NCBI RefSeq assembly: GCF_023169545.1
Contig: NZ_AP019769.1
Span: forward strand, 240,001 to 272,000
Reading direction: 5' to 3'
DNA length: 32,000 nucleotides
Source of the DNA: Nanobdella aerobiophila
Lineage (GTDB): Archaea > Nanobdellota > Nanobdellia > Nanobdellales > Nanobdellaceae
Part shown: in pieces, positions 8,395-19,038 of the stretch
Layout of the letters: the number at the start of each line of letters is the position of its first letter
Numbering within the stretch: the stretch's first letter is position 1
Notes under the pieces: generated by a model
Databases searched by the model: none
Seen by the model: only the letters and a program-made list of their open reading frames with translations
Told to the model about the DNA's origin: nothing
Position numbers and translations under genes: made by a program

Positions 8395-9597
8395 ATGGAT
8401 GTAGAATATTTAAAAAATGATATACCTATATATAAGATACCAATAGATAGCTCAGATAGTATTGGTATATGCATAACTTTTAAAGTAGGCTCAATATATG
8501 AAGAAAAAGATAAGAGAGGGATTTCACATCTTTTAGAGCATATGATGTTTAGGTCAAATGATAAATATACTGCTAATCAGGTAGATGAAGGTTTAGAGTT
8601 AAATGGGGGTTTATCAAATGCTTTTACATTTTTTGATTCAACTTCATATCTTGTAGAAACTATACAAGAGGGTTTTGATAAGTCATTAGATATACTCTAT
8701 CATTCTATAATAAATAGAAAGTATAGAATAGATGAATTTGAAAAAGAAAGATTGATAGTATTATCAGAAATTGAGAGATATGAAAATGATCCAGAATCAT
8801 TATTAAATTTTATATCAAATAGAGCATTATTCGGAGATTCAGATCTTGGAGATCCGGTTGGGGGTACTCGAGAAACAATATTGAATATAAATAAAGAGGA
8901 TATTGAAGATTTCAAGGAAAAATATTATAATCCAGATAATATGATTATTATAGTAGAAGGAAGATTTAGTGAAAACCATATAAATAAAATAAAAGAGTAT
9001 TTTAATAATATAGAAGGTAATAGTGATAATAAAAAGACTCCAACCATAGATAAGCCAAGAGATATAAAATTATATATGGATAATATCAAGGGACAAATAT
9101 ATTTTTCTTTAGTGAATAGATATAATATAAATGATTATATATATTTATCCGCATTATCAGATATACTATCTGGTGGAGCATCTTCAAAACTGTTTCAAAT
9201 ATTTAGAAATAAATATGGGATAGGATATCATCAATCACTAAGTGTATATACATTATATAATAATTCAGTATTATCATTAGAAATACCTAGTTTTGATAAA
9301 GAAAAAGAAAATATATTACCTGAAGCGATAGATTATTTAATAAATAATTATGAAGACTATATAGATCAAGAGTATGTAAATGGAAGGATAAATAGATCAA
9401 ACTTCATATATAGTACGAAAATAAAGAATAATATATTTCTTAGGCTATCTACAGAAGTAGAATATATATTAAAATTTGGAAAAAATTTGGAAGAAATAAG
9501 AAAAGAAATAATTAATATAGAAAAAAATTATATAAAAATCGAAAAATATTTAAAAGAATTGAAAAATGGTAAAAATATATTCATATATCCACGATGA
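8395..9597 (+). CDS. M16 family (pitrilysin/insulinase-like) zinc peptidase
   Basis: Inverted zinc motif HLLEHMMF near the N-terminus followed by a downstream E. 400 aa, the typical single M16 unit length. Confidence 0.8.
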   Translation: MDVEYLKNDIPIYKIPIDSSDSIGICITFKVGSIYEEKDKRGISHLLEHMMFRSNDKYTANQVDEGLELNGGLSNAFTFFDSTSYLVETIQEGFDKSLDILYHSIINRKYRIDEFEKERLIVLSEIERYENDPESLLNFISNRALFGDSDLGDPVGGTRETILNINKEDIEDFKEKYYNPDNMIIIVEGRFSENHINKIKEYFNNIEGNSDNKKTPTIDKPRDIKLYMDNIKGQIYFSLVNRYNINDYIYLSALSDILSGGASSKLFQIFRNKYGIGYHQSLSVYTLYNNSVLSLEIPSFDKEKENILPEAIDYLINNYEDYIDQEYVNGRINRSNFIYSTKIKNNIFLRLSTEVEYILKFGKNLEEIRKEIINIEKNYIKIEKYLKELKNGKNIFIYPR

Positions 9598-10238
9598 TCG
9601 AGGAAATAATATATAATATAGACAAAACATTGAAAGATAATAAGATAAACGAAATATTGGCTTCTCCATATATATGGGAGAAATATAAAGATTCATTTAA
9701 AGTATTAATAACAATATTATTATCTATAAGATTAAGAGAAGAAAAAACTTTAGAAGTATCTAAAAGACTATTTAATATATATAAAGATATAGAAAGTATT
9801 AAAAAAGCATCTTTAGAAGATATAAAAAATACAATAAAAGATATTGGACTATATAATAATAAGGCCAAATGGATAAAGGAAATTGCAGAATTGTGGGATT
9901 ATAATAAACAATGTGATGAAGATTTTATAAGATCCTTGCCTGGAATAGGAAGAAAGATTGCAAATGTTTATTTTATTATTGTATGTAATAAAAATTATAT
10001 TGCGGTAGATACCCATGTTCATAGAATATTTAATAGGATAGGAATAGTGAATACTAAAAATCCAGAAAAGACAGAAGAAGAATTGTATAAAATAATACCA
10101 GAAAAATATTGGAAAGATATAAATTTTAAATTTGTTTTATTTGGAAGAAATATATGTAAACCAGTTAATCCAAGATGTATTATCTGTAATGTAAGAATTT
10201 ATTGTAATTATGGAAGAAAAAGAATAATAGATTATTAA
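9594..10238 (+). CDS. nth: Endonuclease III (HhH-GPD DNA glycosylase/AP lyase) with a 4Fe-4S cluster loop
   Basis: HhH LPGIGRKIANVYF, VDTHVHRIFNRIG, and the canonical C-x6-C-x2-C-x5-C motif (CKPVNPRCIICNVRIYC). It overlaps the peptidase gene by 4 nt. Confidence 0.85.
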   Translation: MIEEIIYNIDKTLKDNKINEILASPYIWEKYKDSFKVLITILLSIRLREEKTLEVSKRLFNIYKDIESIKKASLEDIKNTIKDIGLYNNKAKWIKEIAELWDYNKQCDEDFIRSLPGIGRKIANVYFIIVCNKNYIAVDTHVHRIFNRIGIVNTKNPEKTEEELYKIIPEKYWKDINFKFVLFGRNICKPVNPRCIICNVRIYCNYGRKRIIDY

Positions 10239-10281
10239 AATATAAAATAAAACAAAAGAAGAAAAATGTATTTTAAAGCCT

Positions 10282-10524
10282 TTATAATTTCTTAAATAAT
10301 GCCTTTTGTGCTAGTTGTATATCTTCTCTTTTTACAGTTGTTCTTTTACCATGTGTTGCTAGTGATACTGCTTCTTTTGCTATTTCAAATGCTATATCTT
10401 CTAATTGTTGCTTCATAAATCTTATTGCCTTATCAGACACTCTAGTTACTCCTGCTTGTTCGCCTTTTTCTTTTAATATTTTTTCTACTACTGCCATTGG
10501 AATTCCTCTCTCTCCTCTTGCCAT
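10282..10524 (-). CDS. Archaeal histone (HMf-like histone fold)
   Basis: MARGERGIPMAVVEKILKE...VSDKAIRFMKQQLEDIAFEIAKEAVSLATHGKRTTVKREDIQLA is a full histone fold. I prefer the internal ATG at 10524 (80 aa). The 20 upstream codons of the tracked ORF are K/N/I low complexity and contain a TTTATAAATA TATA-like box. Confidence 0.85.
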   Translation of the reverse strand: MARGERGIPMAVVEKILKEKGEQAGVTRVSDKAIRFMKQQLEDIAFEIAKEAVSLATHGKRTTVKREDIQLAQKALFKKL

Positions 10525-10722
10525 AAATCTATATATTATTTTTATATTTATAAAACTTTTTTTATTTTTCTTTTTATAATCCATAGTAAATCTAAATTTT
10601 TTATTTATTAGAAAAAATGTTTCATATTATTTAGGTTATATATTGAAGTTCCCATATAATATATATAAAAAATTTAATTTTCCCCCAAAATCAATTTTAA
10701 TGGATAATAATCAAAAAAAAGA

Positions 10723-11469
10723 TTATTCTCTTGGAGCTAGAACAAAACCAAATTTAAATTTATCAGTAGACTTATAATCTATCCATATTGGTTTTCCAGA
10801 ATCTAATCTAAATAATAGAGTATCCGAAATAATTGCAACTTTAGATAATTTATATAAATAGTCTACAGAATATCTTGCCGATGCTTTTGATGGAACCTCC
10901 ATAGATAATACGCTTTCATCCTGCGGCGTTAGATCTATTTTCATATCTTTTAATTCTCCTTCTGCAACGAATGAGATTTTTGGACCGTTAGGATCTGCTA
11001 TTAGTTTTATTTCATCTGCTATAACTTTTGCAGATTCTATTATATCATAAAATGCCTTTGAGTCCATCTCTACCTTTATTGGTAGATCTAGACTTGGTAG
11101 TTCCATAAAATTTCCTTCAGATTCTATTAGTGGTAAACTAAATAGTTTCCTAGCTTTACTTTTTATCTCTATTAATAATTTATTTTTTTCTTTATCGGTA
11201 CTTATGGTTAATTGATCTTTTAGTTTTGCTCTTGTTAATATTTTTTTCAAATCTTCTAGGTTAATCGTAAATTTTTCTTCTTCATCAACTTCAAATTCTG
11301 TAAACATATTATTATAAAGATCTAATAATATTACTGCTACATTAGCCGGGTCTAATGAAGATAAAAATATTCCATCTTTATTTGCTTTAAATGTTCCTTC
11401 CGATAGGAAGCTTACTACTGTTGGTAATATATTTTTTAGCTCTTTAGCCTGAGGAAAAGTAACTTTCAT
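10723..11469 (-). CDS. pcn: DNA polymerase sliding clamp (PCNA)
   Basis: 248 aa. The N-terminus (KELKNILPTVVSFLSEGTFKANKDGIFLSSLDPANVAVILLDL) and the two-domain pattern match archaeal PCNA. Confidence 0.9.
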   Translation of the reverse strand: MKVTFPQAKELKNILPTVVSFLSEGTFKANKDGIFLSSLDPANVAVILLDLYNNMFTEFEVDEEEKFTINLEDLKKILTRAKLKDQLTISTDKEKNKLLIEIKSKARKLFSLPLIESEGNFMELPSLDLPIKVEMDSKAFYDIIESAKVIADEIKLIADPNGPKISFVAEGELKDMKIDLTPQDESVLSMEVPSKASARYSVDYLYKLSKVAIISDTLLFRLDSGKPIWIDYKSTDKFKFGFVLAPRE

Positions 11470-11504
11470 AAATACTATTTTTAAAAAAAGTTAATAAATA
11501 TAAT

Positions 11505-11714
11505 TTAAAATGCTTTACCTTGGAAGTATCCGATTAAAAATCCTATTATTAATAATAATATCCCATTTATAGGATAAGTTTCGAATATGGATATAAAATT
11601 AAAGAACCCGCTTGTAAAATTATGATAGAAAAAATATGAATATCCTACAAGTATTATTACTATTATAATAATTGATAAGATTAATGCAGATCCTCTCCCC
11701 ATTTGTCCTCTCAT
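11505..11714 (-). CDS. Small two-TM membrane protein
   Basis: 69 aa with two hydrophobic helices. It starts 4 nt after the helicase stop, so it is probably co-transcribed. Confidence 0.5.
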   Translation of the reverse strand: MRGQMGRGSALILSIIIIVIILVGYSYFFYHNFTSGFFNFISIFETYPINGILLLIIGFLIGYFQGKAF

Positions 11715-11717
11715 ATT

Positions 11718-14312
11718 CTAAATAGATTGTTTACTATTTAAAAATATTTTATATATAAACCTCCCTGAATATTTATCCAGGTATTCATTATAATTCCCAC
11801 ATTTTGGGGAATATATACATCTTGGACAACCATCTATGCATTTACAAGAATATAAAGATTTTATTGATCGATCTATTAACTTTTCAATATTATTATATAA
11901 TATTTCTGATAGACCAACGCCAGATTCATATCCTTCATATATAAATATAGTTGGTTTATTCGTTTGGTTGTGTATTGGGTAAGAATATCCTCCTAATTCT
12001 TGAGAATCTACAAATGTTACTATAGGAGATATTTTTATTATATTATGCTCTATTGCATGGATTCCTGATCTAAAACTAGCCTGATAATCTATAATTTTCT
12101 TTATTAGAAATTCTAAGATCTTGTCTTTTATATTATAATTTTTATTTAAATAATCTTCTATTATCTCTTTTATTTTTTTTGTAGCCAATCCTCTATATTT
12201 TTCATAAAAGAAATCTTTATTTATTGTAGAAGCAAAATTATATATTTCTCCAGTGTCTATATTATAATTTTTATTTTTTATATATTCTTCTAATTTTTCT
12301 TTAAAATATTCATTATAAATATTTTCGGATTTTGTATAATCTTCTGGTAATATAATCCAAATCGCTTTTGTATTGAACTCATGAATTATTGTTTTGTCGT
12401 AATATTTTATATTTTGCATAAAGTCATTTCCAGATCTATATTTTTCTATATAACCAATATACTCTTTTTTTACTTTTATTTCTCCAATATATACATCCCA
12501 ATCTTTTATTTTCTTACTTCCTATAGTATTTATTATCTTTACATCTTCATAAAATACTGGTTCTGTTTCTATATACGGTAATTCTGGTCTGAAAAAAATA
12601 AAATTAATATTATCTATACTATAATAATCTCTTATTCTTATACTTTTACCTCCAGAATAATATACCATACCTGGTAATAAATATTCATAAAAAGCATATT
12701 CATCCATTTCTTCCAATACCTTACCTTTTCCTTTTAGCATATTTACCATTCTTATTAAACTATCTCTCCTTTTGACTCTTTTTATGATTTCTTCTTCTTT
12801 ATCTACATCTACTATATAATATATTTTGTCCGATATATTTCTTAATCCAGAATATACTATATTTTCTTTTATCTTATAATACTCTTTTCCAAATATAGGA
12901 TCTCTTATTTTTGTAATTAAATCATTTTTTTCTAAATCTTCTAAATATTTTTTTTCTATATCAGATAATATATCTTTGTCTAATCTATTGAATTCATTTA
13001 TTGAATATAGTAAATGTTTCTTTATTATTTTCTCATTATCTAAATTTAATGGTATATTATCTATTTTATTTTTTTCTATCCTATTAAAAAATTCTTTTAT
13101 ATTATTTGAATAATAAAAATCTAATGCATCTTTTTTAAATATCATAATATTTAATCCTTCAGATAACCTGCCGGATCTACCAAATCTTTGTATAACTGAA
13201 GATATACCATCTTTTGGTATTCCATAATTTACTACCGTAGATATATCACCTATATCAATGCCCAATTCTAATGCGGATGTAGTCAGTAGTATTATATATT
13301 CATTATTCTTGAATTTATATTCTATCTCTCTTCTTTTATTCTTTAAATAGCTTGCTTTATATGGGTATATCTTATTATATTTATCTATTTCGTTTATATC
13401 ATTTTTCAATAATTCTACTCCTTTTTTTGATTCTATAAATACTAGCGATTTTAATTGATTTTCTAATAATATTCTTATTATTTTTCTTAATATTAGTCTT
13501 GAATTAGAACTTTTTGGGTCTATTGATATTATATATCTATCGTATCTTTTACTATAATCTTGATCTATTAGTTCAAAATCTAGATCAAACATCTTCTTAG
13601 CAAAATCTGTGGGATTTTTTAATGTAGCAGATAAAGATAATACCTTAAATATGTTATTTTTGTAAAAATATTTTAATATTCTTATTAATCTTCTAAATGT
13701 ATATGCAGAATTTGTCCCAAATACACCCCTATATGAATGCAATTCATCTACTACTATTAAATCTAAATTTTTAAAGAAATAAAACAATTTATCATGATTT
13801 TTTAATAAATATAGATGTAGATTGTCTATCGTAGTTAATATTAGATTTGGTTTTTCTCTTATTATCTTCTCCTTTTCATTATATGTAAGATCTCCTAGTA
13901 TAAATCTCATTTTTATATTTAATTTTTTACCTGTATATTCTTCAAAGTTTTTTATCAGTTCTTCAAATTTTTCGTATTGATCATATAATAAAGCTCTTAA
14001 TGGATATATTAGTAAATATGTCCTACTTGGATGTGATATTATATTGTCCATTATATATAATCTGAATATATGTGATTTACCAGATGCAGTTGGAGTTGTG
14101 ATTATTAAATTTTTATTTTTGTATAATAATTCTAATGCATCAGCCTGGTGCTTATACAACTTAAAATTTATATAATTAAGGTACTCATTTATTTCTTTAT
14201 TATTGAATTTAAAATCTTGATACAGAGGATCCTTTTTATCTAAATGTTTCGAATCAATTATATAATCTTTAAGTTCATCTTCTATTTTTTCTTTTATATC
14301 CTTTATATACAT
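11718..14312 (-). CDS. Superfamily 2 DExH helicase with C-terminal DUF1998 Cys-cluster domain (COG1205, YprA/MrfA/Hrq1-like)
   Basis: Motif I TTPTASGKS, motif II VVDELH, motif III LSLSATL, motif VI QRFGRSGR. The C-terminal CKCIDGCPRCIYSPKCGNYNEYLDK is the DUF1998 metal-binding signature. Confidence 0.85.
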   Translation of the reverse strand: MYIKDIKEKIEDELKDYIIDSKHLDKKDPLYQDFKFNNKEINEYLNYINFKLYKHQADALELLYKNKNLIITTPTASGKSHIFRLYIMDNIISHPSRTYLLIYPLRALLYDQYEKFEELIKNFEEYTGKKLNIKMRFILGDLTYNEKEKIIREKPNLILTTIDNLHLYLLKNHDKLFYFFKNLDLIVVDELHSYRGVFGTNSAYTFRRLIRILKYFYKNNIFKVLSLSATLKNPTDFAKKMFDLDFELIDQDYSKRYDRYIISIDPKSSNSRLILRKIIRILLENQLKSLVFIESKKGVELLKNDINEIDKYNKIYPYKASYLKNKRREIEYKFKNNEYIILLTTSALELGIDIGDISTVVNYGIPKDGISSVIQRFGRSGRLSEGLNIMIFKKDALDFYYSNNIKEFFNRIEKNKIDNIPLNLDNEKIIKKHLLYSINEFNRLDKDILSDIEKKYLEDLEKNDLITKIRDPIFGKEYYKIKENIVYSGLRNISDKIYYIVDVDKEEEIIKRVKRRDSLIRMVNMLKGKGKVLEEMDEYAFYEYLLPGMVYYSGGKSIRIRDYYSIDNINFIFFRPELPYIETEPVFYEDVKIINTIGSKKIKDWDVYIGEIKVKKEYIGYIEKYRSGNDFMQNIKYYDKTIIHEFNTKAIWIILPEDYTKSENIYNEYFKEKLEEYIKNKNYNIDTGEIYNFASTINKDFFYEKYRGLATKKIKEIIEDYLNKNYNIKDKILEFLIKKIIDYQASFRSGIHAIEHNIIKISPIVTFVDSQELGGYSYPIHNQTNKPTIFIYEGYESGVGLSEILYNNIEKLIDRSIKSLYSCKCIDGCPRCIYSPKCGNYNEYLDKYSGRFIYKIFLNSKQSI

Positions 14313-14320
14313 ATCTTTTT

Positions 14321-15739
14321 TTAGTGACTCATATTTATTTGTTTTTCTGATATTTTATAATTTTCAATAAATAGCGCAAATATTGCAGATATTATCATGA
14401 ATATAATCCCAAATATACCAATATAATTAAATGCTGTAGATGAAGGTAAAAAACCTAAAACTAAATATTGATTATTTAGATAATCTATTAATGGTACCTG
14501 ATATGTTTGCATCAATGTTGTAGATAATATAGGACCAATTGCGCTTCCTAAAGATCTCAATAAAGTATTTAATCCTAAGCCGGTTGTTCTATATTCTGCC
14601 GGTAATGATATAGATACCATATTTACAATTGGTATTAATAATGAAGAAAGACCTACAGACATAAAAATACCATCGAATAATAAATCTATAATTGTACCTC
14701 TATTTATTATTAATAATATGAAAGATATGATTGATAATAGTATGCCTAAAAATATTACTGGTTTGGGTCCTCTCTTAGGTAATATTTTTCCAATTATCGG
14801 TCCAAAGAATAACATTCCTAATGATATGGGAGACATTATATTTCCAGATTCTATTATAGATAGCCCTAATCCTTCTGGTTTTGGTATCTGAGAATAATAT
14901 GTAAAAAATATGAATAAAGAAAACATCGCTATTCCAGAAAAAATTCCAATTATATTTGCAGCGGCAAAATTTTTTATTTTAAAATATTCTAATTTTAATA
15001 AAGGCTCTTTAATTCTTTTTTCATATAATATAAATAAAATTATTAACAATATACTAGTAAATAAGTATATTATTGATAAATTAAACCATCCATATTGAGA
15101 TCCTAAAGTTAAATATACCAAAAATAATCCTACAGAGATTGATAATATTATGGATCCGAAATAATCTATAGATTCTCTTACTTTTTTTCCTGTTATTGGT
15201 AAATATTTAAATGATAGTATTAATAATATAGCAGATAATATTGCAGCAGTATGGAAAGCAGCTTGCCATCCCAAATATTCTACAATATAAGAACCTAATA
15301 ATAATCCTAATGCAGGACCGATACCAAGTGTAGCACTTAATATACCTTGTGCATATGCTAATCTTTCTTTAGAATATAAATCTGCAATTATAGATATAGC
15401 AATTGGAAAGACTGCAAAACCTAATCCCTGTATTGCTCTAGCAAATATTAAAAAATATATATTTGGTGAAAAACCTGCTAATGATACTGCTATATTATAA
15501 AATAATATTGCTAATAGATATAATTTTTTCTTTCCATAGACATCTGCTAGTTTACCCATTATTGGAGATGCAGCAGCACCTACTATCATATAGGAGGTAG
15601 TTACCCAACCAGCCAAATTAGAACTAACTCCAAAATCTTTTTGAATAGTATATAAAGCAGGTACAACCATTGTTTCTACATAATTTATAATTAATAACAT
15701 AGAAGCTAATAATAATAGAATTTTTTCATTATAATTCAT
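14321..15739 (-). CDS. MFS transporter (DHA2/EmrB-like, about 14 TM)
   Basis: 472 aa, highly hydrophobic. MFS motif A-like GKLADVYGKKK and FARAIQGLG. Confidence 0.8.
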   Translation of the reverse strand: MNYNEKILLLLASMLLIINYVETMVVPALYTIQKDFGVSSNLAGWVTTSYMIVGAAASPIMGKLADVYGKKKLYLLAILFYNIAVSLAGFSPNIYFLIFARAIQGLGFAVFPIAISIIADLYSKERLAYAQGILSATLGIGPALGLLLGSYIVEYLGWQAAFHTAAILSAILLILSFKYLPITGKKVRESIDYFGSIILSISVGLFLVYLTLGSQYGWFNLSIIYLFTSILLIILFILYEKRIKEPLLKLEYFKIKNFAAANIIGIFSGIAMFSLFIFFTYYSQIPKPEGLGLSIIESGNIMSPISLGMLFFGPIIGKILPKRGPKPVIFLGILLSIISFILLIINRGTIIDLLFDGIFMSVGLSSLLIPIVNMVSISLPAEYRTTGLGLNTLLRSLGSAIGPILSTTLMQTYQVPLIDYLNNQYLVLGFLPSSTAFNYIGIFGIIFMIISAIFALFIENYKISEKQINMSH

Positions 15740-15835
15740 ATTTAAATCTTTATAAAAAATTTGTTAAATATTATGTTATTACTATTTCACGTCGACTAAA
15801 TATAATGATAAATATATCTTTAATAAAGATGTCTT

Positions 15836-17380
15836 ATGAATAGATTATATTATCTATTATCATTCATATTCTTATTATTTCCTATATATTCTATATCTAA
15901 TGGGTTAATTGATCTATTAATCTATCCTCAAAATGTGGGTATAATAGAGGGTGGACAGAATTTAGTTCCAATTACATATGTAGTACAAAATATTGGACCT
16001 GTATTATTTAATGTTACATTTTATCAAATAAATCGTTATCCATTTTATAGTTCTAATTATTATAATAATACTCAAAATATTACTATAAATGAGATACCTA
16101 CTAATGGAACAATAGATCTAACATTTTTTTATTATATTGCACCAAATATAAATCCAGGTATATATGAGTCCCAAATTGGTGCTTATGAAAATTTTTATGG
16201 TTTAGAAAATTTAGAAATATTAAATGCTTCTATACCATTAATAGGATATACTAATTTTTCCATAAATTCTTTTTTTGGTACTCAAAATAATATAATATCA
16301 CCATATAGCGATCAAGAAGATGTACCAATAACTTTTGTAATTATAAATGATGGTAATATAGCATTGAATAATGTAACAATATATTTTACTAATAATAGTA
16401 TATTAGATTTTTATCAGAATAGTTATTATATTGGTATATTACCAATCGGAACTCCCTATTATCTTACTACTTATGTAAATATAAATAATGTATCTTCTGG
16501 ATCATATAATATACCATTAAATATATCTTATTTTGATGGAGATGTTCAAACATTATACACAACTATTAATATAGGATATACAAATATTGGAATAAATAGT
16601 TTTACAGATCCTCCAGTTATATATCCTGGTGATAATGTATTACTAAATTCTATATTATTTAATTATGGTAATCAACCTGCTGGCAATATTTATCTATATA
16701 TAGATTCTCCTTTTAATTTATTAACCTCTGATTATTATAATTTTGGTATATTAGAACCTGGACAATTTTATAATATATCCTCTTTATTTTATATTCCTAA
16801 AGATACAAAATATGGTATATATCCAGTAACGTATGAAATATATTATAATGATTTAGAATATAATTATACTTATTATCTAAATATATTACCGGAAGCAAAT
16901 ATATCTATAGAAGATGTATATTATAATAATTTAAATCCAGGAAGCTCCGAAGTCCCTATAATATTAGAAATAAAAAATATAGGTAGTGCTGAAGCTAAGA
17001 ATTTAGTAGCTTATTTAGGGTCTAATAATGTTATAAAGCCTTATGTAAGTTCTTCAGATCCATTAGAAGCATTAACAGCTTCAGAATTAGATATAGGTAA
17101 TTTATATCCAAATCAAAGTACAAATTTAACTTTCATAGTAAAAATTAGTTCTGGTGCAAATTACGGGAGTTATTCTATACCAATAATATTTTTATGGAAT
17201 CAAACAGAAGCATATTATCCATTTGAAGAAGAAGAGAATATAAATGTAAATATTTTAGAACCTATATATTATAATCCTACCTTTTATATTAATATAATAA
17301 AAATAATTATATTACCAATAATTGTAATATTAGGACTTATATTATTTAAAAAATTTAAGAAGAAGAAAAAAGATAAATGA
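15836..17380 (+). CDS. Secreted, C-terminally anchored surface protein with COG1361/CARDB-like repeats
   Basis: N-terminal signal-like MNRLYYLLSFIFLLFPIYSISNG. CARDB-type strands (PIILEIKNIGSAEAKNLVAYL). About 16 N-x-S/T sequons. C-terminal TM plus a basic tail KKFKKKKKDK. Confidence 0.7.
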   Translation: MNRLYYLLSFIFLLFPIYSISNGLIDLLIYPQNVGIIEGGQNLVPITYVVQNIGPVLFNVTFYQINRYPFYSSNYYNNTQNITINEIPTNGTIDLTFFYYIAPNINPGIYESQIGAYENFYGLENLEILNASIPLIGYTNFSINSFFGTQNNIISPYSDQEDVPITFVIINDGNIALNNVTIYFTNNSILDFYQNSYYIGILPIGTPYYLTTYVNINNVSSGSYNIPLNISYFDGDVQTLYTTINIGYTNIGINSFTDPPVIYPGDNVLLNSILFNYGNQPAGNIYLYIDSPFNLLTSDYYNFGILEPGQFYNISSLFYIPKDTKYGIYPVTYEIYYNDLEYNYTYYLNILPEANISIEDVYYNNLNPGSSEVPIILEIKNIGSAEAKNLVAYLGSNNVIKPYVSSSDPLEALTASELDIGNLYPNQSTNLTFIVKISSGANYGSYSIPIIFLWNQTEAYYPFEEEENINVNILEPIYYNPTFYINIIKIIILPIIVILGLILFKKFKKKKKDK

Positions 17381-19038
17381 AGTATTTTTTAGATTTAGCC
17401 CAATTAATGGAAAAAATAGAAAAAATTAGTGAAAAAAATTTAAAGATAGATATATTATCAAGATTTATAAGAGAATTAGAAGTAAATGAAATAAAGATAA
17501 CGATATGGTTGATTTTGGGTAATATAAATGAAGAATGGGTTGATAATAATCTGAATGTATCTGTTGGAACAATTATAAAAGTATTAAAAAATTTGAATAT
17601 AGACCTTAAAGATTTATCTTTTTTATATAAAGAATCTGGAGATCTAGCTGAAGCAGTTAAAATAATATTTGAAAGATATAATATAAATAAAAATAATTGG
17701 TTTAAAAGAAAATATAAAATTATAGATATATATAACGAATTAAAGAAAATAGAATCATTAAATGGCGAAGAGTCTAGACACAAAAAGATCTTATATTTAG
17801 AAGGAATATATAAGAATTTAGATCCTTTAGAGGCAAAATTATTAACAAGAATTTTACAAGGAGATATGAGATATGGAGTATTAGATGGAACTATTGAAGA
17901 TGTATTATCTTATTTATATAATATTTCTGATGATAAAATAAAGCATTTCCATGCATTAATAGGAGATTTAGGTACATTAGCAGAATATTTATATAAAAAT
18001 AAAGATATAAATAATATTAGTTTAAGATTGTTTCATCCTTATAAACCAATGCTTGCAGAGAAGGCGGAAAATTTTAAAGAAGCTATAGATAATCAGAACT
18101 ATATTTTTGAATTTAAATTTGATGGAATAAGAGCGCAAATACATAAAGAAAAAGATAAAATTAAAATATTTACTAGAAGATTGAAGGATGTAACAAATTC
18201 TTTTCCAGATATTGTAAAATTAATATTAGAAAATATAAAAAATGATAGCATTGTGCTTGAAGGAGAGATCGTTGCATGGGATTTTAAAAATAATATCTCT
18301 CTACCATTTCAAGAAATATCTAAAAGAATTAAAAGAGAATATAATATTGATCAAATAATAAAAGATATACCTGTAAGGTTATTTTTATTTGATATTATAT
18401 ATTTGGATGGAGAATTATTAATAAATAAAGATTTTTTAACTAGAAGAAAAATATTAGAATCTGTAAAAAATAATTTAGATATAGTTCCTTATATTTATAC
18501 AAAAAATGAAGAGGAAGCAAAAGAATTTTTTATAAAATCTATAAATATTAAGAATGAAGGATTAATTGCTAAGAAATTAAATTCACTATATTTACCTGGA
18601 AAAAGAGATAGATCATGGTTAAAAATAAAAGGTCATCTAGAACCATTGGATTTAGTAATTATCGGAGGAGAGTGGGGGCATGGTAGGAGAAAAAATTTTA
18701 TCTCAGATTTGTATTTAGCAGCAAGAGATGATACCACAGGGAAATTTTTAATGATTACAAAGACTTTTAAAGGACTATCTGATAAAGAATATGAACAATT
18801 GACAAAAGAGTTATTAAAATATAAAATTAAAGAAAATGGAAGAATATTATATTTTAAACCAAAGATTGTAGTAGAAACAATATATGATGAAATACAGAGA
18901 AGTCAGAAATATAAATCAGGATACGCATTGAGATTTGCGAGAATAAATAAAATAAGATTTGATAAGAGTGAAAAAGACATAGATACTATACAAAGGGTAG
19001 AAGAATTATATAAAAAACAATTAAAATTAGAATTATGA
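17377..19038 (+). CDS. lig: ATP-dependent DNA ligase
   Basis: Adenylation motif I EFKFDGIRAQIH, motif III/IV LEGEIVA.., motif V GLIAKK, motif VI-like C-terminus. 553 aa. It overlaps the upstream gene by 4 nt. Confidence 0.92.
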   Translation: MKYFLDLAQLMEKIEKISEKNLKIDILSRFIRELEVNEIKITIWLILGNINEEWVDNNLNVSVGTIIKVLKNLNIDLKDLSFLYKESGDLAEAVKIIFERYNINKNNWFKRKYKIIDIYNELKKIESLNGEESRHKKILYLEGIYKNLDPLEAKLLTRILQGDMRYGVLDGTIEDVLSYLYNISDDKIKHFHALIGDLGTLAEYLYKNKDINNISLRLFHPYKPMLAEKAENFKEAIDNQNYIFEFKFDGIRAQIHKEKDKIKIFTRRLKDVTNSFPDIVKLILENIKNDSIVLEGEIVAWDFKNNISLPFQEISKRIKREYNIDQIIKDIPVRLFLFDIIYLDGELLINKDFLTRRKILESVKNNLDIVPYIYTKNEEEAKEFFIKSINIKNEGLIAKKLNSLYLPGKRDRSWLKIKGHLEPLDLVIIGGEWGHGRRKNFISDLYLAARDDTTGKFLMITKTFKGLSDKEYEQLTKELLKYKIKENGRILYFKPKIVVETIYDEIQRSQKYKSGYALRFARINKIRFDKSEKDIDTIQRVEELYKKQLKLEL

